Shown here: one piece after another, positions 1 to 9,835 of the stretch
How positions within the stretch are numbered: the stretch's first letter is position 1
Layout of the letters: each line of letters starts with the position of its first letter
Program-made: the position numbers and the translations under genes
DNA from: Welwitschia mirabilis
Lineage: Eukaryota
DNA length: 20,000 nucleotides
NCBI GenBank assembly: GCA_051453625.1
Contig: JBOZIK010000001.1
Location: 22,717,550-22,737,549 of the forward strand
Reading direction: 5' to 3'
The notes under the pieces: generated by a model
What the model saw: only the letters and a program-made list of their open reading frames with translations
What the model was told of the DNA's origin: nothing
Databases searched by the model: none

Positions 1-95
1 TTTTCAGTTTCAGATCATCTTCGGTCATTCTTGCTTCAATGAATTGAAACTCTCATGAACTCTCTGTCATTTTCTGTGATCTGTGCCAAGAACAG

Positions 96-870
96 TCTAA
101 TAGAAGGGGGTACTCCTGCAAGATTCCTGATAATTGATGATGGCTGGCAGGAAATAGTTAACCCCATTAAGCCGAACACACACATAGATGTTACAGATGA
201 AAGCCACTTTGTGTCAAGGCTGATAGACACCAGGGAAAACCAGAAATTCAGAAAAGCTGATGGATCTTATGGGCTGTCTGAGGTGGTGAGCCATGTGAAA
301 GAGACCTACAGGCTAAATTATGTGTACGTGTGGCATGCCCTTCTGGGTTACTGGGGAGGGGTCCTGCCAGATGCTCCAAAGATGCTCAAATATGGGGCTG
401 CAATGAAGGCGCCAATCCAGTCCCCAGGCGCTGTTGCAAACCAGATGGACATTGCCATGCAGAGTCTTCAAAAGTATGGAGTCGGATTCATTGGCCCCGA
501 CAGAATTCCAGAGCTCTACGATGATTATCACAGTTATCTTGCATCCTGTGGAATCGACGGAGTGAAGGCGGATGTGCAGGGCGTGCTTGAGACACTTGGA
601 AGTGGCCTCGGTGGCCGAGTATCCCTCACCCAACAATACCAGAGAGTTCTTGAGGACTCTGTTGCCAAGTATTTTCCAGACAACGCCTGCATAGCTTGCA
701 TGAGTCACAACTCTGATTCCTTTTACAATTCAAAGAAGACTGCCATTGTGAGAGCATGTGAGGATTTCATGCCAAGAGACCCCTTATCACAGACGGTGTT
801 TGTAGCTTCAGTGGCTTACAATAGCTTGCTTCTGGGAGAATTCATGCAGCCTGATTGGGACATGTTTCAT
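96..870 (+). CDS. Internal exon of a GH36 raffinose synthase / seed imbibition protein (alkaline alpha-galactosidase-like) gene; 5' exons lie upstream of the window
   Basis: Acceptor aacAG at 94-95 (phase 2, in a Ser codon) and donor GT at 871. Encodes EGGTPARFLIIDDGWQ, YVYVWHALLGYWGG, GIDGVKADVQ (KxD nucleophile motif), ACMSHNSD, RACEDFMP (RxxxD acid/base motif) and PDWDMFH. Confidence 0.93.
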
Positions 871-967
871 GTAGTCCTTTAATAACTGTCGCATTTGGTT
901 TCACAGTAGTCAAATATTCTTATTTTCAGTAAACTGATTCATGGTCTTATTCTGATGGTGGTTGCAG

Positions 968-1035
968 AGTTTTCACCCTGCAGCAGAGTACCATGCAGCA
1001 GCTAGGGCTATTGGTGGGTATGCTGTGTATGTCAG
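968..1035 (+). CDS. GH36 RS/SIP exon (SFHPAAEYHAAARAIGGYAVYVS); not in the ORF track
   Basis: ttgcAG acceptor at 966-967 and AG|GTATG donor at 1036. Continues PDWDMFH into the conserved HxAAEYHAAARAIGGxxxYVSD motif. Confidence 0.92.
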
Positions 1036-1681
1036 GTATGCCAAATCTCCATTTGTTTGGACATCATGAAAAATTCAATATATGTAAACTTTTGAAGCTC
1101 AGTACTCTTTGATACGAAACTCAGAAACAATTACAGGTACTTTGACATGAAACCTGCAAATCATATTTTTCTTGACAGGAGATTAGCGTATTATTTTCAT
1201 GGGTGATTCAGAAAAAGCATACAATCTTTGCATCACCATATTATGTAAAACATGCGTTCAATTTTTAATATGTTTTCTGAAGAATTTCTGATATGAAAAT
1301 AATAAAGCACGCCTTTACTCCATTTTATGATCTTGTGATAACTGATGCAGAATGATTGAGTCCCATCATAGCTCTGTCTTTTAATAGTTACCTGAATTTT
1401 GATCTACAACTTAGTAAAACTCTCTCCTATGAGATGGATCTACTTGTCTACTAAGTTTTAACATCATATTTCTGCTTATTGTTTTACATGGAGTTTTTAT
1501 CTTTTGAATGAAACTCCTAATAAAATTCTCCCAACTGAGATGAGCCATGGCTTACAGCTTTTGTTAAAACCTCTGCATGAAACTAGAGTTTCTTTTTCTC
1601 ATCAAGGGCTCAGTGTTTCTAGCGTTTTAGTAAGAAAGCTGAAGCATGTAAATTGCCTTTCTCTGGGTGACAATTTTGCAG

Positions 1682-1816
1682 TGACAAGCCAGAAAATCAT
1701 GAGTTCAAAATACTGAAGAAACTAGTGTTTCCAGATGGGTCAATACTGAGGGCCAAGAATCCAGGAAGACCTACACGGGACTCTCTTTTCCAGGACGTCA
1801 CAGGAGATCGTAAAAG
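1682..1816 (+). CDS. GH36 RS/SIP exon ([38 protein letters not shown]...)
   Basis: ttttgcAG acceptor at 1680-1681 and donor GT at 1817. Phase fits both neighbouring exons. Conserved [11 protein letters not shown] and GRPTRDxLF motifs. Confidence 0.92.
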
Positions 1817-1902
1817 GTACCTTGCAATCAACTTAATACTGAAGTTGCAGTCCCAATTGAGGGACTTGACTGACTCCAGTCCATGCTTCCTTGTTGCTGT
1901 AG

Positions 1903-2129
1903 CTTGCTCAAGATTTGGAACATGAATGAGTGCACTGGAATTTTAGGGATTTTCAATTGTCAAGGAGCAACATGGTCACCTGAAGCCCACTGCATTGTAG
2001 CCCCCACCTCACCAATTCCTGAAAAGATTTCAGGAAAGGTGTCTCCAACAGATATTGCAGGGATCAAAGAGTTCGCAAGCAGTACTCCTCACTGGTCTGG
2101 TGGCTTTGCCCTGTTTGCCCACAATGCAG
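1903..2129 (+). CDS. GH36 RS/SIP exon ([25 protein letters not shown]...AHNAG)
   Basis: tgtAG acceptor at 1901-1902 and G|GTCAGT donor at 2130. Conserved LLKIWNxN and GxFNCQGAxW motifs. Confidence 0.92.
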
Positions 2130-2207
2130 GTCAGTCACAGCCATTGCTCTGTCATTTCCATATCCCTTCTCTTGTTGCCTCTCCTCGACCATGAAATTAT
2201 TTTGCAG

Positions 2208-2305
2208 GTGAACTGAGGCTCTTCCTACAGGATTCAGAGACTACATCATGGGAGGTCTCCCTAGGGTCCTATGGATCTGAGCTCTTCATTGTTGCCCCCA
2301 TTCAG
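2208..2305 (+). CDS. GH36 RS/SIP exon (GELRLFLQDSETTSWEVSLGSYGSELFIVAPIQ); not in the ORF track
   Basis: tttgcAG acceptor at 2206-2207 and CAG|GTACG donor at 2306. 98 nt, phase-compatible; resembles the VxL...ExFxVxPI segment of the family. Confidence 0.85.
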
Positions 2306-2409
2306 GTACGCAAATGGCACTTTCTTCTCAGTTTTCAATGAACATAGTTGTAATTTCTGTTGTTCAGCAGTGCGTTCTGATGAAGGATTGCGTTGTGGGC
2401 AAAGTCCAG

Positions 2410-2742
2410 GCATACAGGGAGGGTGTCGAATTTGCAGGGTTGGGATTGCTGGAGATGTACAATGGGGGAGGAGCAGTGAGAAACTTGGAGGCAAGCAAGG
2501 AAGGTAGTAGCACAAGAGTGGAGATGCAGGTTTATGGCTGTGGAAGGCTTGGAGTGTATGTATCAACAGAGCCTAAGCAATGCGTGTTGGATGGTGCCGT
2601 CGTCGGCACCGAGCAGTCTCTAAATTATGACAGTGCATCCCGCCTTCTCACATTCACCATAGAACCACCGACACCATTGACAACTTCTTCATATGATTTT
2701 CTTCATCAAAATCTCTTTCACCATATCATGTTTGAGCTCTGA
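2410..2742 (+). CDS. Terminal GH36 RS/SIP exon (AYREGVEFAGLGLLEMYNGGGAV...VYGCGRLGVY...HHIMFEL*)
   Basis: Acceptor at 2408-2409 gives the homolog-like spacing PIQ-x7-FA. In-frame alternatives exist at 2367 and 2370. Stop TGA at 2740-2742. Confidence 0.82.
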   Translation, partial: AYREGVEFAGLGLLEMYNGGGAVRNLEASKEGSSTRVEMQVYGCGRLGVYVSTEPKQCVLDGAVVGTEQSLNYDSASRLLTFTIEPPTPLTTSSYDFLHQNLFHHIMFEL

Positions 2743-3063
2743 TGACACGCTGTAGGATGCGATGCTACTGTTTTCAATGTGTGCACCCTCCTTTTGTGGG
2801 CAAAGGGGATGCAGTGTTGGGGAAGCTGCAAATGGTGCCTCAAAACACACAAGCATTGGCGTTCCTGCAATAACCGCAAACTTAATTCTGGATCTTAAAA
2901 AGAGTTTAGGGGCTTCTTTGCACTCTCTCAAGGTAAATGGCTGTGAAACCAGACTCAACATTTCTGTATATGCCTGCTGTTTGAAGGGGTGGTCAGGGAT
3001 TAGTCTTGGTAAAAGTGCCTGGATATAACTAGCTATCGCACAGTTCTCGTTCACTCATTGCAA

Positions 3064-3069
3064 AATAAA
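3064..3069 (+). promoter_or_regulatory. Candidate polyadenylation signal AATAAA
   Basis: About 320 nt after the stop codon, followed by GT/T-rich sequence. Motif only. Confidence 0.3.
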
Positions 3070-3627
3070 TTTACATTTATATGCTTGTCAAAATGTGTCT
3101 TTCAAAATCAATGAATGGTCAAGTCAGTTGTGTTTATGTATTTTTGCATGGACTTTTGCTCCTCAAATAAGCATGGCAAGTTTAATGCCACCAATGGCAC
3201 TTTTATTTTTATTTTATTTTAATAAGTTAATTTATAGATAACTATGTCACACTTGTTGGGAAATTGGTTGGTTGGTTTATTTGGTTGACTAAAAGTTCTT
3301 GGGTGGCGCCACCTGAGAGGTTGTATCTGAACATTTAAATTTCACTTGTGATTCATACCCAAGATATTGTTAAGTTTACATTCACATGTGCTTTGTAGAC
3401 ATGGGGCAGAATAATGGTGCTCGTTTTTATAACATTTAGAAGAGACTTTGCAAGGTAAAAGCTTCTAAGAGTTATATCCAAAGTGCTATGGAAAAGGATT
3501 TTAGTAAGTATAGGCTTGAAGCAGTCAACCGTGTCATCCCCAAATTTATGCAACGGCATGAGAATGAGTGTGGATAAAATTATCACAACTATTGGACGAT
3601 AAAGCACAAAGATATGTTTTCCTAATG

Positions 3628-3730
3628 TAGCTCTTTTTAGGATGCTAGATGATATTAAGTAGTCTTTTTAATTTTGTAATATAGCTCTTTAGATGCTAGA
3701 TGATATTAAGTAGCCTTTGTAAGTTGTATT
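3628..3730. repeat. Two-copy tandem duplication, period about 51 bp
   Basis: GATGCTAGATGATATTAAGTAG is identical at 3641-3662 and 3692-3713, with similar flanks (tagctcttt... / ...tttgtaa). Confidence 0.85.
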
Positions 3731-5724
3731 TCAAATCCTTTCACATATCTATAAGCAATTTTGTTGATAGACTATGATCACCATGTTATTTTAAAAAATT
3801 AATTTTGTTATTAGATAAATTGAATATCTATTATCATTTAATCTATCATAATTTTATTTAAACAAGATAATTTTTCTTGTAAATCAAATTGATTCTTTAT
3901 TATTAGGGGGATGTCGTGCAGGAAGCTTTTAACAACTATACCTATACTTGTATAGCCATGACAATCACCCCAATGAATAATTTAATTATGCTAAGGACTC
4001 ATAGTATGCTAATCAAGTCATCCAAAGTTTCAAGCCTATGGCTTCATAAATAAAGGATAAGGTGTCTATCACTTGGACTACCATCCCATTCATAAAATTG
4101 ATCCTTTATTCTCAGTCACATATAACTGTTTTAATGATTTGTACATACAAAGATGCGTGTTCTAATGCTTGAGTGTTGTCATAAGAATGAAAAGATGGTT
4201 ATGTTATAAAAGAAATCCTACCAACACGTGAAGGTAGTCTAAAACACTTCATGGTGTTGTAAATTTGATCAATCTGAATATTGTTAAATGTATTTGCATA
4301 TATTATAATGATGCATGTGCAGATACATGTAAGTAATTTTTCTTAAACAAATTGATAGTACTTTTGTGCTCATTATCGGTCATTCATTTTGACCATTTGT
4401 GTTATGATATTGTCTTTAGGTCTCTTAACACATTGAACTCATACATTATCTATTCTAACTTTTAATCATACTCTTTTTAGCCTCTCATTATATACTATGA
4501 TGTAAAAATACTTGTTTTTAGTTTAAAACTTTAGTAGCGATTACATTGATATACCAAGAAGGGCTTTTTCTTATGATTAAGTAAGTTTAGTTTAATTTTA
4601 TTATGTGATCGTTCACCCCAAAAAAATACGCTTTAGATATCGCTTGATTAGCCATGCTTTTGTTAATTTTTCCTTGTCTTGAATAAGATTTGTCACTGGC
4701 TAGTTTAACCTATTAGGCAAATATTTTAGCTTTGTATTTGTCAATTGAATCATCAAATCGTAGTTTAACGCTAAGTATTCATTTATTTTTTAAGACTTTG
4801 TATTCTTTTGCTATATCCACTTTAATCCAATACCAAGTTAATTCATCTCTACATCCATGACATCTCTTAACCTTACTTTAGTGAAGATGCTATACTACTT
4901 TGTTTATGAATATTTGACACATAAGCAACTGGATAATCTTAAATGATTTTGCCATTCATTAATTTCTTGCTTCTTGTTTTCTCAAATCCATTTCTCTCTT
5001 CTTCTCTTAAAGATTGCAACTAAGCTCTCAAGCACCTTGGTTAATTAAATGAATTGCAATCTTGTGATGCATTAAACATTTAGGTTTTCATATTTGTATT
5101 TTCTCATTTTTCGTCGTCAATTTGCAGTGGTATGACACTTTGACAAATGAGCTCATTTCTCTTGAGCCACAAGCTCTTAGTTTATTAATTTTAACCTAAG
5201 GTAACTTATAGGGAAGAGAAATGAGATATCTAGAAAACTTTTAGTAAACAGGTAAAAAATCAATCTTTAGTTACAATGGAAGTAGATACTTACAATGACC
5301 ATGATCTTGACATATCATAAATGATGGATGTCAAATTATGTAAAAGGATACAATGAGAATTATCAAGACACATTGCAAATGCAGAAGGAATGGATGCCAA
5401 ATCATCCAAAATGATGTCAAGCCAAATGGGGAGTCAGATATATATAAATGTAGTCACATGTAGTGTTGTATTATTTTAATACAAGAATGATCATTATTCT
5501 GGAAATTTTCATTTATGACTCTTAGTGCCTTACAAACTTTCATTACAAACTGAATGTCTTCAATCCCCTCCACAAGATTGGAAGGTCCTCATTGTGACAT
5601 AGAACTAATAACACACAAACAACCTCTAACTAGGAAATATATAACTTTGAGAGTATAGGAGTGTTTGGAGAAAAACCTCATCCCAAACTTAACGGTAACT
5701 AAGGTGGTTTGGATAGCAAACCAG

Positions 5725-6082
5725 CTAGTAATTTTCTTCTCCTTAACATAAGAGAATTTGATGTTGCGCCTTAGTAAGTTCATTTTAAACTAGTTCTAGT
5801 ATTATGTGAATGTTCATTAATATATGCTTTGTTTTATTAACAAATACTCAATTCTGTGTTGTGGGCACTGGAGGTTGATTACTGGCATCTTATTGTTTGA
5901 TCTGTTTACAAGATTTCTAGTAATTTTCAAATCTAAATGATGTCTTGCTTATCTTAGATTTAGCCTCATAATTTTCTTATGTTAAATAGTTTTTCATTAT
6001 CTTTTATTGAGTAGCTCCCCAAGTAATGGATGAAGATTTCAGAAATGCGTGTAACTTGTCATTCATCTCTTGACGTTTTGAT
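5725..6082 (-). mobile_element. Highly degenerate Ty1/copia RNase H relic (left half of the interrupted older element)
   Basis: Minus-strand translation gives AFLKSSSITW (6048-6019; cf. GYxFxLGSxxISW) and VFVNKTKHILMNIHIILELV (5847-5788; cf. VFHxRTKHIxxxxHFIRELV). Confidence 0.75.
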
Positions 6083-6087
6083 ATCCA
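6083..6087. repeat. Left target-site duplication ATCCA
   Basis: Immediately precedes the LTR TG; identical to 15381-15385. Confidence 0.9.
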
Positions 6088-7444
6088 TGTTGAGTTAATA
6101 TTTGCCAATTTAATGTCAAATTAATGTTTTCTATTTAGCCAAACATGTTGCATCTGATGCAGAAAGTATTAATCATTGCAAGCTTGAAGCTCGAATAATT
6201 TTTCACAATTTAAACCTAAATTTGTCAATTTTTATACCCTCTTAAGGGGTCGACCACACCTGAAGCTTACACTAAAATGAACTGAATTTAGAGGGGTTGA
6301 CCAGACATGATCTAATACTTCACAGCTGATCATCAAGAGGTTGACTGAATTCCTAAGGGATTGACCAAACCTGTGCATCAAATTTTTGCAGCCAATCAGC
6401 AAGGGATCGATCGGACTCCTAAGGGGTCGATTAGATTTGAGCATTAAACTTTCACAGCTGATCATCAAGGCATTGAAAGGATTCTTGAGGGGTCAACCAA
6501 ACCTAGAGTGATGTTTTCACCTTTTGTCAATAAGGGGTAGACTGGACATTTATGGGGTCGACCGGACCTGAAGTGAAAAACAATGTTCTAATTTTTTTCC
6601 TGAATAATGGTGCAACTGGATAAATATGCAAGTGACCGATGTCGACCGGACCCAACTGGACATGGAGCCGTAAGAAATAGGGGTCTAGCAGAAGAACATG
6701 AGGGCGACCAAATTTAGTGATGGTAACAAATGGAATTGATCAAACATTTCAAAGGGTTAACAGGTTATGACGAAAACAAGATTTTTGTAGCCATTATGCA
6801 CCTGTTTTCTATCTGTTGGAAGGTCTTTTGACTTGTAAAAACCCTAAAAGACTTCTCTATATATTTGCAAAAGTCAAAATCATTGCACCACTTTTGAATT
6901 ATTATGAAATCATTTGTTGTACTCATTGGCATATTCTCTACCTGACCAAAGGCGAATCAAGAGCTGTTGTTATCATTGTGTACTTGGTCAAGTTCGTTGC
7001 ACTGTACGCTTGTGGATTGTACCATCTTCTCAAGTAGTGTAGCAATACTATTCTTGAGCAAGAGATTGGATGAAACCTGTGCATTTTGGCATACTATTAT
7101 CACCGCTTTGCATTCTTGCAAAAGGTTGAGACTAAGCCTCAGAAAAGTCCAATTGTAAAGGTTACAGGTAAATTTAGAATTCTTGGAAAGAGATTAACAA
7201 AGATCTAGATCAGACTTGGGTAGAAGCAGATTGTCAAGAGTGGAGTAGGGGGTTCCCTGAACCACTATAAATCTTGTGTGCATTCTCATTGGTATTTCTG
7301 TGCTTTCTGTTCTTTATTTTTCATAATAGTTTTATTTTTATTTGCATAAGTATTTTAGTGTTTAGTCTAAATAAAGATATTTTTGAATTTATTTAATTAT
7401 TTTTTAAATCCTATTCACCCCCCTTTAGGGTTCTTGATCCTACA
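6088..7444 (+). repeat. 5' LTR (1357 bp, TG...CA)
   Basis: Starts TGTTGAGTTAATA and ends GATCCTACA just before the PBS. Aligns with 13880-15380. Confidence 0.92.
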
Positions 7445-7446
7445 TT

Positions 7447-7463
7447 TGATATCAGAACTTGGT
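7447..7463 (+). promoter_or_regulatory. Primer binding site, tRNA-iMet type (degenerate)
   Basis: TGATATCAGAACTTGGT versus canonical TGGTATCAGAGC(CAGGT); 2 nt after the LTR CA; two G>A changes in the core. Confidence 0.85.
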
Positions 7464-8384
7464 AAAGTCCATGTTAGATCCTAACAGGTCTAGACTCCTG
7501 AACCCTAAAAATAAGTAACCCTTCACATGGTTTTTTTTGCTGATCATTCACCCATATTTAAAAGTTAAACTATGCATATTGAAAAGCCCATATGATAATC
7601 TTTCTCAAATCCCTAGATGCAGACATTGAAAAGGTCATTTATAATGGTTATACTATGCCCACTCTAACTAAAACTGATGCCCATGGAAATACCACATAAT
7701 AGCCAAAACTAGAGACCAATGGACCCCCACTGATAGATCCAAAGCTATCATAGATGCCCATGCTCTTAATGCAATGTTTTATACAGTTTGTGTAGATGAG
7801 TTTAAATGAATTGTTACTGTAAACATGCAAAAGAAGCTTGGGACATTCTTGAAATAACACATGAAGGGACATCCACTGTTAAGCAGGTCAAACTCCAAAT
7901 ACTCATTTTCAAGTTTTGAAGACATTCATATGAACGAGGAGGAGACACTACAGGAATTCTTTCCTAGACTTACACACATCTTAAATTTCATGGCAAGTCT
8001 AGGTGAAAGAATGGATGAGGCAAAGGTGGTTCAAAAAGTGTTGAGATCCCTTCCAAAAAGGTTTGAGCCAAAAGTCACTATAATCGAAGAAAGCAAGAAT
8101 ATAAACCTAATGGTGCTTGAGGAATTACAAGGTAATTTACAAACTTATGAATTAAAATTTTCTTAAAATAGAAAAAAAAAGGTATTGCTTTGAAATATGT
8201 GCATGAAGAATACAGATTAGAAAAATTAGATGAAGATCTTAATGATGACAAAGTTGCCCTACTGGTAAGGAGATTTAAGAGATTCTTACATAGAAGAAAT
8301 AAAGAATATAAGTCAAGTAGAGAGACAAAAAGAGGTCACTCCAACTTCAGAAGAAACCAAGACAAAGGGAAGGAGATCCAATGT

Positions 8385-8484
8385 NNNNNNNNNNNNNNNN
8401 NNNNNNNNNNNNNNNNNNNNNNNNNNNNNNNNNNNNNNNNNNNNNNNNNNNNNNNNNNNNNNNNNNNNNNNNNNNNNNNNNNNN
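8385..8484. other. 100-N assembly gap flanked by a 76-bp duplicated sequence
   Basis: 8309-8384 and 8485-8560 are identical except for one base (aac vs atc). Confidence 0.9.
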
Positions 8485-9576
8485 TAAGTCAAGTAGAGAG
8501 ACAAAAAGAGGTCACTCCAACTTCAGAAGAATCCAAGACAAAGGGAAGGAGATCCAATGTATGCTTGCAAAGGCTATGGACACATTGCAAACGAGTGTCC
8601 AAACAACAATAGGGACCAAAGAAAGTCAAAAACATCTTCATTCATTGCTACATGGGGCAATGCAGATGAAGAGGATGATAGCAGTTCTAGCCAAGAATTA
8701 GATGGAGATCAAAGGCTTTCATTCATAACAATTGTGCCTCCATTACAGAACTTGCCTTGATCATCTGAACCAAATGATTTGGATCTCATTAAAGAAGATC
8801 AAAATAAACTTGAAGATACCTATTAGAAAATTTACATGCAGTGTGAAAAATTGGCAAAATGCATTAATGCCCTAAACAAGATTGTAAAAACTCTCAGCAA
8901 AGAAAAAGAGGAATTGAAAACAAAGTACAAGATGGTCAAATCTAAAAATTTCGAACTTTCTCTAGAATTAAAGAACTTGTCACATTTTGTTAATTAAAAA
9001 ACTAACTTCGGATAAGACAGGTATTGGATTCATCCCCTAAAGACCACAAAATTAGCAAAATCAGGTATCCTGGCAAAACAGGTTTATTTCTAAATTTACA
9101 TGTCATTTTTGTGGTAAGTGTAGTCATTCCAAGTTATTTTGTAATGCTAGAAAATTAATGTTATTTTCAAATTCCATTAGCACCTTTTCTTTCAAATTTA
9201 TTCTAAGAAGATGTGTACCACATCAGTCCAAAAGAACAAAGTGGACGAGAGCCGATAATTTGAAAAGTCTTTTGATTCAAATAGCTTTCAAGGTATCAAA
9301 TGGAACTAGCTGGCATTTGAACAGTAGCTGCTCTCGACATATGATGAAAAATAAGTCTAGATTCAAACAGCTAGATGATTTTGATGATGGAGAAGTTACA
9401 TTTGTGACAATGGAAAAGCCAAGATCGAAGGAATCGAAAGCATTGGTGGAGGTAACTTATCCAAAATAAATGAAATTTTATATGTTAATGGTTTGAAGCA
9501 TAATTTACTTAGCATTAGTCAAATTTGTAATAAAGGTATAAGGTTGTTTTTGATAGGATGAAATGTGAAGTTAGAC

Positions 9577-9835
9577 NNNNNNNNNNNNNNNNNNNNNNNN
9601 NNNNNNNNNNNNNNNNNNNNNNNNNNNNNNNNNNNNNNNNNNNNNNNNNNNNNNNNNNNNNNNNNNNNNNNNNNNNNNNNNNNNNNNNNNNNNNNNNNNN
9701 NNNNNNNNNNNNNNNNNNNNNNNNNNNNNNNNNNNNNNNNNNNNNNNNNNNNNNNNNNNNNNNNNNNNNNNNNNNNNNNNNNNNNNNNNNNNNNNNNNNN
9801 NNNNNNNNNNNNNNNNNNNNNNNNNNNNNNNNNNN
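9577..9835. other. 259-N assembly gap where the integrase N-terminal zinc-binding region is expected
   Basis: N run between protease-downstream sequence and LELIHMNL (cf. LELLHMDL). Confidence 0.9.

Noticed and set aside
55..95. ATG at 55 as the start of a 275-aa protein
   Set aside because: This is intronic read-through. Homology starts after the AG at 94-95, and the family N-terminal region is missing from the window.
2689..3054. ORFs 2689-3054 (-) and 2762-3028 (+) as separate genes
   Set aside because: They lie in the probable 3' UTR and show no recognisable motifs.
5800..5900. Plus-strand CGHWRLI resembling a Ulp1 protease His motif
   Set aside because: The region is better explained as the antisense of copia RNase H, and no catalytic QxNxxDCG motif follows.
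6240..6665. Spaced palindromic repeats as a CRISPR-like array
   Set aside because: Eukaryotic LTR context, degenerate repeats, and spacers that are themselves related and duplicated in the second LTR.
6232..7158. Short ORFs inside the 5' LTR
   Set aside because: No recognisable motifs, and the 3' LTR copy shows no equivalent ORFs in the track.
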